From the NCBI GenBank assembly GCA_965204045.1, contig CBDBDW010000002.1:3139730-3203729 (forward strand): a stretch of 64,000 nucleotides of DNA. The letters run 5' to 3'. Below, piece by piece: positions 9,382-18,763 of the stretch. This DNA comes from Gammaproteobacteria bacterium (GTDB taxonomy: Bacteria > Pseudomonadota > Gammaproteobacteria > Eutrophobiales > Eutrophobiaceae). The notes under the pieces are model-generated. The model worked only from the letters and a program-made list of their open reading frames with translations. It had not been told where the DNA came from and did no database searches. Both the position numbers and the translations under genes were made by a program. Position 1 is the first letter of the stretch; the number at the start of each line of letters is the position of its first letter.

Positions 9382-11724
9382 TTAATGACTGTAGCTGAGA
9401 CTTACCCCGAATATCCTCGGTGGGCCGTAGTGAATACGAGCGGGCAGAAAGCTTGAACCAGGTCCGAATATTTCACTGGAGTAAGTCTTGTCTGACAAAT
9501 TGCGCCCCCAGCCCGCCAGTTCCCAACGCCCGTCATCAGACCTGATGCCAATCCTGGCATTCAGGAGTGTATAGGAATTTTGCACCGCAGCAGGTTGGTT
9601 TGGTAGGATAAACTGGCTTTCATCCGTATAACTGTATCCGAACTGGGCAAAAGGCCTGAAACCGCCTATTCCCTGTGACGCCGTGTAGCTGACCAGGCCG
9701 TTTATCGTGAAGTCAGGAGCATGAGCAGGTGTATAACCTTTCAGATAACCTTCTTTGAGTTCCGCTTCCATCGCGTTAACACCGGTGTAGACTAGCAATT
9801 CGGGGGTAAGCTGCCAGGTAAGTTCCGCTTCGACTCCGTAGATCTCCGTCTTACCGGCATTGGACAACAAAATTACCCTGACCTCCTCCATTGTTACGGG
9901 GTTAACTACATCGGCTGAAGTTGTCGCCTGCATGTCGTCCCAATCATAATAATAACCCGATACATTAAACCTCACGTTTCCATTGAGCAGAGTGGACTTG
10001 AATCCTGTCTCATACGCCAGCAATTCCTCAGATTCAAACGGCAAAAGAGCGGTTACAGCGAAAGCAATCGACGCCGGATATCCACCGCTTTTAAACCCGC
10101 GGTTGAAGCTGGCATAGAACAACAAGTTGTCAGCAGGCGTGAATTCCAGAGTTGCTCTCACGCCGACCTCTTCGATATTCAGCTTTTCCGGCCTGTAATC
10201 AACAACGGGTGGCGGCCCTCCGAAACCAGATACCTGTCCACCGAAAGTAAACTCGCGATCCTCATCGGTATATCGCGCGCCCAGAGTCAGTTTCCATTGT
10301 TCATGAAGACGCCAGTCCACCTGTGCAAACGCAGAAATACCTTCTGTCTCCTGTGTGGAACCGCTTTCAAAAAAAGCGGAAAATCCGGCATGATCGCGAA
10401 AGTCGGTGTCGGAGAAGAAATCATTGTCGTCATTACTGTAGAACCCGCCAACAATCCATTCCACCGGCCCCCAACTGTCATCGGAGGCAAAACGTATTTC
10501 CTGGGTAAAACTGGTGATATCCTCCCAGTTTCTGATTTCATGGATACGCGCAGGCGAAGCGCCTTGGTCTAGGGGCTGGTACCGGTCAAATTCCCGGTAA
10601 CCGGTGATGGAGGTGGCGGTAAACCGGCCAAAATCCCAGTTGACCGTGGCAGAAATCCCCCAGGACTCCGCGTCAACCTGGTTGCCGGTGGAGAATTCGG
10701 CCAGTATCGTGCGTTCATCCGGGTTGCGATCCTGGATTACCTCTATTTCAGGTGTCAAAGGCTCTCCACCAATTCGATCGCGTATCTGGGCAAATGAGGC
10801 GCATTCAGTGTCATTGCGCACGCCATCAGTTACAAAGGAACACCGGCCTGGTGAACCGTCTGCAAATAAATTACCCGCATGCTTGAATCCAAGCACTTCA
10901 GATTTATCCCTTGAATAGTCGCCGCTGATAAAGATGTCAAATTGCTCAGTTGGTTCCCATAACAATGATCCGCGATAGGCCTTCCTGTCTATTTCCCCGT
11001 TATCGGCATCCACCCCGGGTCCGAACGGAACTTCCGGTATAGTCTCCAAAGTCTGCCAACCGTCCTGCGATACGTTTATATTTGTGGCAACCCGTGCCGA
11101 CAAGGTGTCGCTCAGAGGACCGCCGACACCCATTTCAAACTCGGTGCGGTCATACTCGGCATAATCGAAGCGGGCCTGCAGTTCGAATTCATCGGTGGGT
11201 TTGCGCGGTACGACTTTTATCGCGCCGCCGGTAGTATTACGGCCATACAGGGTGCCTTGCGGACCTTTCAACACCTCTATCCGGTCCACGTCGAATACCT
11301 GGAAGCCCAGCATGACGTGTGACGGCAAGGCTATTTCATCCAGGTAGATCATGACGGCAGGGTTCTGCTTGCTGGTTACGCTGTTCATCCCTACCCCGCG
11401 GATGGTAAACACTGAGTCTCCCTCGTAGGAGGAACTGGCGTTAACCGTTAACCCGGGCGTGAATTGCGCCAGGTCCCGTGGCTGCGCAACACCGAGGTCG
11501 CGCAACATATCACCTGTGAATGCGGTGATCGATATGGAGACATCCTGAACGTTTTGCTCGCGTTTCTGCGCCGTGACGATGATTTCCTCAATCTGGGCGG
11601 ATACAGGTAAAGAAAATAAGGAAAAGCATGAAATAAGAATTATAAGTTTTTGATTTACTGAATTTTTATCAAGACATGACAGAACTGGCACCAAAGACCG
11701 GTTCATTAAGCGAGTAATCATCAT
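9382..11724 (-). CDS. TonB-dependent outer membrane receptor
   Basis: N-terminal plug region EEIIVTAQKREQNVQDVSISITAF, VEVLKGPQGTLYGRNTTGGAI TonB-box/plug motifs, long beta-barrel; start approximated at MMITRLMNRSL. Confidence 0.85.
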   Translation of the reverse strand: MMITRLMNRSLVPVLSCLDKNSVNQKLIILISCFSLFSLPVSAQIEEIIVTAQKREQNVQDVSISITAFTGDMLRDLGVAQPRDLAQFTPGLTVNASSSYEGDSVFTIRGVGMNSVTSKQNPAVMIYLDEIALPSHVMLGFQVFDVDRIEVLKGPQGTLYGRNTTGGAIKVVPRKPTDEFELQARFDYAEYDRTEFEMGVGGPLSDTLSARVATNINVSQDGWQTLETIPEVPFGPGVDADNGEIDRKAYRGSLLWEPTEQFDIFISGDYSRDKSEVLGFKHAGNLFADGSPGRCSFVTDGVRNDTECASFAQIRDRIGGEPLTPEIEVIQDRNPDERTILAEFSTGNQVDAESWGISATVNWDFGRFTATSITGYREFDRYQPLDQGASPARIHEIRNWEDITSFTQEIRFASDDSWGPVEWIVGGFYSNDDNDFFSDTDFRDHAGFSAFFESGSTQETEGISAFAQVDWRLHEQWKLTLGARYTDEDREFTFGGQVSGFGGPPPVVDYRPEKLNIEEVGVRATLEFTPADNLLFYASFNRGFKSGGYPASIAFAVTALLPFESEELLAYETGFKSTLLNGNVRFNVSGYYYDWDDMQATTSADVVNPVTMEEVRVILLSNAGKTEIYGVEAELTWQLTPELLVYTGVNAMEAELKEGYLKGYTPAHAPDFTINGLVSYTASQGIGGFRPFAQFGYSYTDESQFILPNQPAAVQNSYTLLNARIGIRSDDGRWELAGWGRNLSDKTYSSEIFGPGSSFLPARIHYGPPRIFGVSLSYSH

Positions 11725-11794
11725 CCTTCCCCCCTGGTAAGTGACACAACTCCGACATAGGATAGTTATTAAAAATAAAACTGTCAATAATTAG

Positions 11795-13186
11795 TGTTTT
11801 CCAATATGAAATGAGCCTGAAGGGCGGACGTGATTCCAACATGAAATGAGCCTGAAATAATCGGTCTTTCTGTTCATGATACGAGGATGAAAACGATCAT
11901 GAACGCAAACGAGTTAACGAGTATCGACCAGGTACGCGCCTTTCTGGCGGGCACACAACAGGTGGCCTTTGAGGTGGCCGGTGACAAGCGGAGCCGGTAT
12001 GACTGGCTACGGCGCACCTTGGTGAAGTTTGATTATCCGGGCTGTAACAAGACGGACAAAGGGACACTGATGCGTTACCTGATGAAGGTGAGCGGCTATT
12101 CCCTGGCCCAGGTGAAGCGGTTGATTAAACAGTACCGGGAGACCGGCAAGTTGACGCCGCGCCAGTGCACGGCACGCGGCTTTGCCCGGCGCTACACGAA
12201 GGCGGATATCCGCCTGCTGGCGGCCATGGACGAGCGCCATAACACGCCCAACGGGCTGGCCCTGAAGAAGCTCTGTGAGCGGGCTTATTCAGTCTTCGGT
12301 CAGCGTGAGTACGAACGCCTGGCCAGCATCTCGGTCTCGCACCTGTACAACCTGCGCCAGTCGCAGACCTACCGGCGCCAGCGCCACACGGTGGACAAGA
12401 CCCGGCCGGTGACCCTGCCCATCGGTGAGCGGCGCAAACCGCAGCCGGACGGTCAGCCGGGCTATATCCGCATCGATACCGTGCACCAGGGCGATTTAGA
12501 CGGGGAAAAAGGGGTGTATCACATCAATGCGGTGGATGAGGTAACCCAGTTCGAGGTGGTGGTCAGTGTCGAGCGTATCAGTGAGGTCTACCTTATTCCG
12601 GCCCTGGAACACCTGCTGGAGGCCTTCCCCTTCGTTATCCTGGGCTTCCACGCCGACAACGGCTCGGAGTACATCAACAAACAGGTTGCCCGGCTGCTGG
12701 AGAAGCTGCGCATCGAGCTGACCAAGTCCCGCGCCCGGCACAGCAACGACAACGCCCTGGTGGAATGCAAAAACGGCCACGTGGTGCGCAAGCTGCTGGG
12801 CCACGCCCACATCCCGCGCCGCTGGGCCGGCCCGTTGAACGAGTTCCACCGCCGGCACCTCAACCCCTACGTCAATTATCACCGGCCCTGCCTGTTCCCG
12901 GAGACCGTCACCGACAAGAAGGGGAAACAACGCAAGCGCTACCCGTATGAGTCCCTCATGACCCCCTATGAGAAACTCAAATCCCTGGACGATGCACAGA
13001 CGTATTTGAAACCGGGGGTCAGCTTTGACATACTGGACAAGGTCGCTTACCGGATCAGCGACAACGCGGCCGCGGACGCGCTGCAACAGGCGCGCCGGGA
13101 CCTCTTCCATGAACAGGAATACAAACGGGCTTGAGATCGGGGCAGAATCTCTCTCTCTACAGGCTCATTCCAGTATTGGAAAATAC
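11795..13186 (+). mobile_element. Complete insertion sequence (about 1.39 kb) with about 25-bp imperfect terminal inverted repeats, single DDE/rve transposase; family uncertain (ISNCY/IS1202-like or IS481-like)
   Basis: IRL gtgttttccaatatgaaatgagcctgaag (11795-11822) vs reverse complement of 13158-13186 gtattttccaatactggaatgagcctgta; internal second copy of the IRL core at 11832-11857. Confidence 0.7.
11887..13134 (+). CDS. DDE transposase with integrase-core (rve) domain
   Basis: 415 aa; catalytic core region HADNGSEYINKQ ... HSNDNALVECKNG typical of rve DDE fold. Confidence 0.85.
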   Translation: MKTIMNANELTSIDQVRAFLAGTQQVAFEVAGDKRSRYDWLRRTLVKFDYPGCNKTDKGTLMRYLMKVSGYSLAQVKRLIKQYRETGKLTPRQCTARGFARRYTKADIRLLAAMDERHNTPNGLALKKLCERAYSVFGQREYERLASISVSHLYNLRQSQTYRRQRHTVDKTRPVTLPIGERRKPQPDGQPGYIRIDTVHQGDLDGEKGVYHINAVDEVTQFEVVVSVERISEVYLIPALEHLLEAFPFVILGFHADNGSEYINKQVARLLEKLRIELTKSRARHSNDNALVECKNGHVVRKLLGHAHIPRRWAGPLNEFHRRHLNPYVNYHRPCLFPETVTDKKGKQRKRYPYESLMTPYEKLKSLDDAQTYLKPGVSFDILDKVAYRISDNAAADALQQARRDLFHEQEYKRA

Positions 13187-13210
13187 TTAATTATCCACAG
13201 CGTGGTTATT

Positions 13211-14573
13211 TTACGACTTCTGCCAGCCCTCCTCTGCTTCCAGCAGACTCTGCCGGTAATATTTCAGTCCCGTATAGAGTATGAGCGCCGATAACGGCGC
13301 GGCGGTGGCCGCCACTGTCGCCAGTGAATAACCTACCAGGGCCGGGTCTCCATATAGATAGTCGGTCATCAGGGCGACAAAGGTCGGACCTATCCCCATG
13401 CCTACCAGGTTGACGCTCAACAGGTACAGTGCAGAGACCTGGGCGCGCATCTGGTTCGGCGTGATTGGCTGTAACGCAGCAGGCGCGATGCCGTGCGGCA
13501 GGCTCCACAGAAAAGTGAACGGCGCCATGAGCGCCAGCGCCAGCCACACATTGTCGACCAGCGGCACAGCAATGCCGAACGGGGCGGCGCAAAGCGCCCC
13601 GATCATAATGACTCTCAGGTTGGCATCCGTATGGCCGCGCCGGCGCAATGCATCTGCTATCCATCCTGCGCCGACTACACCGGAAGTCCCGAATATCAAC
13701 AGCATGAACCCATAAACGAGGCCCACCTCGCCCGGCGTCCAGCCATACTTGCGTATAAAAAATGCGGGCGTCCAGGCTAAAATCGCATAGGCAAGCATCA
13801 CGAACATGGAAACCCCGATCAGGTGGTGTCCGTAAGTGCGCCAGTTTTTACGCAAAAATCTCAATATGTCTTTAATCGGAATGCTTTTCGGGACAGCGCC
13901 CGGCTCATCCCCAAGCAGGCCCCTGCGGGCCGGTTCACGCAGGGTCATTACCAGGAGCGCCAATAAAACCCCGGGCAATCCTACAACTATGAATGCCAGT
14001 TGCCATGCCCTCAACTGCCCGATAAAAGGTATATCGACTGTATCAAGGCTCGCCACATAATCGACGACGAGGCCGCCGATAATATATGCAAGGCCCGCGC
14101 CGAGAAAGCTGCCTCCGGTATACACCGCGATAGCCCGTGTGACTTTACCGGGCGGAAAATAATCGCTGAACAACGAATAGGCCGGAGGAGATAATGCAGC
14201 CTCTCCGACTCCCACCCCTATGCGCGCGGCAAACAACTGCCAGAAGGTTTTCGTCAATCCACACAGGGCAGTCATCAGGCTCCAGAGAAACACGCCGGCG
14301 GCAATAATTGAACGGCGATTGGAGACGTCTGCAAGACGGGCAATCGGAATGCCCATCAGTGTATAGAACAGCGCAAAGGCAATCCCCTGCAGGAGGGATA
14401 TCTGGGTATCCGAGAGATTCAGGTCATGGCGGATTGGTTCGACCAGCAGGTTCAGGATCTGCCGGTCAATGAACGAGAAGATATAGGCGAGCGTCAGAAC
14501 GCCTACGACATACCAGGCATAGACCTGGTTGGGATAGTCTGCAGTTCCGGCAGTCGGCGTATGGGAGTTCTTC
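13211..14573 (-). CDS. MFS transporter; start moved to internal MKNSHTPTAG to remove overlap with upstream gene
   Basis: 12-TM-like hydrophobic profile, MFS motif region GIPIARLADVSNRR. Confidence 0.8.
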
Positions 14574-14594
14574 ATTTCGTTGGGAGCCCCGGGT

Positions 14595-15971
14595 TCAGTC
14601 AGAGGGCCCTCGGGATGAATCGTCCAGTTCCGCTGCCAGCCAGGTAACCACTGCCCACGCGGCAACGTTCTGTTTCAGTTGATCGGGGTCGATCTTGTCC
14701 AGGGTGTCGTCGGCCGTGTGATGGTAATCAAAATAGTCGGTGCCATCCTGCCGCAGTCGGAATATGCGCACGCCCCTTTCATGCAGCGGTACTATATCCG
14801 GTCCGCCGGACTGGGCAGCCTCCCCTTTTTCAATACCCAGGACTTCAAGCACGGGCATGGCCGTTTCCATCAACACAGGATTATCGGTATCGAAACGCCA
14901 GACCGGTCCGGCGCCGAAATCGGATTCGGAGGCATAGATATGATTTTCCAGGTTTTCGGCATGGGTATCTACATACTGTTTTGCGCCCCACAGGCCGGCT
15001 TCTTCATTCCCGAACAGGACCAGGCGGATACTGCTTCGAGGTCTTTGGGGCAATTCGCCTATCAGGTGTGCCGCGGCAGCGGTGATGGCGACGCCGGCGC
15101 CGTCATCCACTGCGCCGGTTCCCAGGTCCCAGGAATCCAGGTGAGCGCCGATCAGCACGAGTTTTTCCGGGGTTTCACGGCCGTTGAGTTGGGCTATTAC
15201 GTTCCAGGAATGTCCTGCTTCCCTTAAATCCACCTGGATATCCAGGGATATCCTGATACTGTCGCCCCGGCTCATGATGCGCGCCAGTTGATCCGCATCC
15301 GGCGCGGACAAGGCCACGGCCGGCAAGGGGTCACTAGCCATGGTGGACACTCCCGTGTGGGGGAAGCGATGGCTGTCCGTGCCGATGGAACGGATCAGGA
15401 CGCCGAGCGCTCCTTTTTCCTTGGCAAGCAATCCCGAATCGTAGCGTACCTTGACGGAATCCCCATACCCTGATCCGGTCCGTGTCCGCTCGGTGTACTG
15501 ATTGATAAAAACGAACCTGCCCTCGACCTGTTCGAGAGGGGCATTTCGAAAGGCGTCCAGATCGGCGAAGCCGATGACTTCCGCGGTGATCTCACCGTGG
15601 GTAGACCCGCTGTAACCCAGCGCCGTGACATGCAGTTCCTGCGGGTATGGCGCTTCGATTCTCGCGGACTCATGCCGGCGCGTCCACACGGGAAACTCGA
15701 TACGCTCCAGCCATACCCTGTCGAAAGATAGCGTTTCCAGCTTGCGTTTCGCCCATTCGACTGCGCGATGGTCCGCCTCCGTGCCGGCCAGACGCGGGCC
15801 TACTTCCGTCGTCAGTCCCTCCACGATCTCCCAGGCCAGACCTGAGCTCATCCCCGCTTCCCGCAACTGCGCCGCAGTATCCCATGTATTTTCTGTATCT
15901 GCCTGAACCAGCACAGGCAACAAGCACAACAGCAGGAGTGACAGCAAGCGGTTTTTTGATATTAGTGACAT
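14595..15971 (-). CDS. Secreted M28-family metallopeptidase (aminopeptidase-like)
   Basis: Signal peptide LLLCLLPVLVQA; GAHLDSWDLGTGAVDDGAG and NEEAGLWGA zinc-ligand motifs of M28. Confidence 0.8.
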   Translation of the reverse strand: MSLISKNRLLSLLLLCLLPVLVQADTENTWDTAAQLREAGMSSGLAWEIVEGLTTEVGPRLAGTEADHRAVEWAKRKLETLSFDRVWLERIEFPVWTRRHESARIEAPYPQELHVTALGYSGSTHGEITAEVIGFADLDAFRNAPLEQVEGRFVFINQYTERTRTGSGYGDSVKVRYDSGLLAKEKGALGVLIRSIGTDSHRFPHTGVSTMASDPLPAVALSAPDADQLARIMSRGDSIRISLDIQVDLREAGHSWNVIAQLNGRETPEKLVLIGAHLDSWDLGTGAVDDGAGVAITAAAAHLIGELPQRPRSSIRLVLFGNEEAGLWGAKQYVDTHAENLENHIYASESDFGAGPVWRFDTDNPVLMETAMPVLEVLGIEKGEAAQSGGPDIVPLHERGVRIFRLRQDGTDYFDYHHTADDTLDKIDPDQLKQNVAAWAVVTWLAAELDDSSRGPSD

Positions 15972-15983
15972 GGCTGCGCCGCG

Positions 15984-17153
15984 TTAGAGGTGTTTTTTCT
16001 GTGCCAGCAGTCCCGGGACCAGGACCAGTGCGCTGGCGAGAAACAGGAATGTCGCCACGATATAGACATGGTCATAACTGCTCCTGCCGAGGATGGTCGC
16101 AGCGATGAAAGGGCCGATGGCATAACCCAGCGTCTGCATGCAGATACCGTAGATCACCACCTTGCCCCGGCGGTCGAACGAGGCCATGGTCGCCAGCAGG
16201 TAGGGCATGCTCACGTTCCACAGGAAATTGAACAGGCACACACCCAGGGCAAACTGGAACAGGGCGATCTCGCCCACCAGGATGTAGATGCCGATGGCAG
16301 TGCCGATAATACTCACCTGCAAGGGAATGATACGGCCGATGCGCAACTGCAGCACCACGGCAACAAAGGCCCCGGCAATACCCAGGAACTGGGACACGGT
16401 CAGGACGTTGGCCACGGTCTGCTCGGCAATGCCGGCTTCCAGTCCGAGCAGGAACAGGTAGGCCCAGACGATGCCGATGGACGTGTTGTAGACCAGGAGG
16501 GCAAACAGTGAAACCCCTTTTAACCGCCATGAATAGCTGACTTTTTCAGGGACGGACAGGTCCAGGTGGTGCACGCCGGAGCGCGGCAGGTAGCGGGTGA
16601 AAAACAGGCCCGAAACATTGAACAGCGCAAAGAACAGCAGGACGCCGTCCATGCCGATGCTCGCAAAGGCGGTGGGCATGACCAGTATGCCCAGGGCGCC
16701 GTAAATCAGCACCCAGGTGATGATGTAACCGAAATTCCGGTCGGACTTGCCGGTCAGCCCCATCATCGCGAAGGTCAGCGACATCAGTCCGCCGGAACCC
16801 ATGCCGGTGAGGAAGCGCACCGCGGCCAGCGACTCGAAATCCGCCAGGGACAGGGACAGCAGGTTGCCCGCGGCGGCAATGATAAGACACAGCACCGTCA
16901 GCTTGCGCCAGTCGAAGCGCGCCTCCATAAAGATGAGCAGGAGGGTCGTGAAGGCGATACCGAACATCTCCGCCGAGGCGATGTAGCCCGCCTGCTCTTC
17001 ACTGAGCGCCAGGTATTCAACCAGGCCCTGCACATAACCCGGCTGCAGTATGAAGACGCAGGGCGCAATCACCGCGATATAGACAATCGCGATGATGGAA
17101 CTGCGCGCATTCACGTCAACGGGGTGGGTATCATTCCCCAATAGCCATTGCAT
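15984..17153 (-). CDS. MFS transporter; start at internal MQWLLGND preceded by GGAGG RBS
   Basis: Hydrophobic multi-TM ORF; upstream part of the long ORF overlaps a palindromic repeat element and is unlikely coding. Confidence 0.75.
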   Translation of the reverse strand: MQWLLGNDTHPVDVNARSSIIAIVYIAVIAPCVFILQPGYVQGLVEYLALSEEQAGYIASAEMFGIAFTTLLLIFMEARFDWRKLTVLCLIIAAAGNLLSLSLADFESLAAVRFLTGMGSGGLMSLTFAMMGLTGKSDRNFGYIITWVLIYGALGILVMPTAFASIGMDGVLLFFALFNVSGLFFTRYLPRSGVHHLDLSVPEKVSYSWRLKGVSLFALLVYNTSIGIVWAYLFLLGLEAGIAEQTVANVLTVSQFLGIAGAFVAVVLQLRIGRIIPLQVSIIGTAIGIYILVGEIALFQFALGVCLFNFLWNVSMPYLLATMASFDRRGKVVIYGICMQTLGYAIGPFIAATILGRSSYDHVYIVATFLFLASALVLVPGLLAQKKHL

Positions 17154-17167
17154 GTGACAACCTCCTT

Positions 17168-17362
17168 CTATACATAACGACACAAATAGCGCCGCATTAT
17201 GTTGTTTCCAGCTTATAACATGACGGGCAAACATCGCCTCCTGTTCGTCATTCCGGGCCTGACCCGGAATCCAGTCAAAACAAACATTCCTTATAAGGAG
17301 TCTTGTCATCTACTGGATTCCGGGTCAGGCCCGGAATGACGACATAAACAGTGCGGCGTTAT
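17168..17362. repeat. Palindromic REP/BIME-like intergenic element, copy A (two inverted cattccgggcctgacccggaatcc hairpins around a 40-bp spacer, flanked by acgacaNaaaNagNgcggcRttat repeats)
   Basis: Shares ctatacRtaacgacacaaatMgcgcc ... gttcgtcattcc[GC-rich 10-11 nt]ggaatccagt ... actggattcc[..]ggaatgac architecture with copy B at 20059-20170. Confidence 0.6.
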
Positions 17363-18748
17363 TTATGTCGTCAGTACATCGAGCAATATGTCCACGGCCT
17401 TGTTCATATAGTCCCGGGTGATGGTCAACGAGGGCATCAGCCTCAGCACGTTGCCGTTCCGGCCGCAGGGCACCATGATAATCCCGTTCGACAACAGGCC
17501 CATGACCACCTTCATCATCGTGTCCCCGTCCGCAGGTTCCCGGGTTTCCCTGTCATTCACCAGTTCGATGCCGATCATCAGTCCCCTGCCACGCACCTCA
17601 CCGATAATGGGCAGGTTCCCACTTTCAGCCTGCAGCCGGTCCAGGACTTCCTTGCCCAACTGCGCCGCCCTTTCCACCAGGCCGCCTTCCTGGATGATGT
17701 CGATATTGGTCATGGTGACCGCAGACGAGACCGCATTGGCGGCAAAGGTCTGGGGTTGTGACATATCGTCCAGTTGTTGCGCCAGGTCCTTGCGCATGAT
17801 CACGCCGGCCATGGGCAGGTCCCCGCCCATGCCCTTGCCGAAGGTGATCATGTCCGGCTCCACCCCGGCGTGTTCGATGGACCACATTTTGCCGGTGCGG
17901 CCGGCGCCCGCCTGCACCTCGTCCGCGACAAACAGGGCGCCGTGTTGTTCACAGGCGGCCTTTACCTTCAGGAAGAATTCGGGCGCCGGCGGCACGTACC
18001 CCCCCTCTCCCTGCACCGGCTCAACGATCACGGCCGCCACGTCGTCCGCCGCCGTGTAAGGCGTATTCAACAGGTAGTCCACGTAATCGCCGCAGACCTC
18101 TTCGCAGGACTTGTCCCCGAGCGGCAGGGGAAAACGGTAGGCGTAGGGGTAAGGCGCATGGATGACACCGCCCATGAAGGGGCCATAACCCGAGCGATAC
18201 TGTTGGCCGGTGGTAAGGGCGTTGGAAGCCGCCCAGACACCGTGGTAGGCGCCGTGGAAGGCCAGGATCTGGTTGCGCCCGGTCACCCGGCGGGCAAACT
18301 TGATGGCGCATTCCAGCGCGCCGCTGCCGCTCTGGGTGAAATAGCTGATACAGTTGTTCCTGAGACCCGGCGGGGCGATGGAGGCAATCTTCTTTGCCAG
18401 TTCGCCGCGCTTGGTATTACTGATGTCTGAGGCATGCATGAGGATTTTCGACTGGCGTTCCATGATCTCGACCACCCTGGGGTGGGAACGTCCGACGCTG
18501 CTGACCCCGACACCGGCGGAGACATCGATATAGAGGTTGCCGTCCGGGTCCTTCACCGTTACCCCCTTGCCCTCATCAAACACCAGCGGAAAACCGCCGC
18601 CGCCCCGGGTCATCGATTCATATTCCGGCGCTTCAGCCAGCAACTCGCCGGCCTTCGGGCCGGGAACGCCGCCGGTAATTATATTCGGCGCACCGGCGAA
18701 GGAAAGTTCTGCCAGTTCCTGTTCTGAGATCATGTCAGTCTCCCGCAT
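17363..18748 (-). CDS. Class-III (omega) aminotransferase, PLP-dependent
   Basis: 461 aa; characteristic AT-III regions FHGAYHG, DEVQAGAGRTGKMWS, TFGKG. Confidence 0.85.
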   Translation of the reverse strand: MRETDMISEQELAELSFAGAPNIITGGVPGPKAGELLAEAPEYESMTRGGGGFPLVFDEGKGVTVKDPDGNLYIDVSAGVGVSSVGRSHPRVVEIMERQSKILMHASDISNTKRGELAKKIASIAPPGLRNNCISYFTQSGSGALECAIKFARRVTGRNQILAFHGAYHGVWAASNALTTGQQYRSGYGPFMGGVIHAPYPYAYRFPLPLGDKSCEEVCGDYVDYLLNTPYTAADDVAAVIVEPVQGEGGYVPPAPEFFLKVKAACEQHGALFVADEVQAGAGRTGKMWSIEHAGVEPDMITFGKGMGGDLPMAGVIMRKDLAQQLDDMSQPQTFAANAVSSAVTMTNIDIIQEGGLVERAAQLGKEVLDRLQAESGNLPIIGEVRGRGLMIGIELVNDRETREPADGDTMMKVVMGLLSNGIIMVPCGRNGNVLRLMPSLTITRDYMNKAVDILLDVLTT

Positions 18749-18763
18749 GGTTAAAGATGGTTA

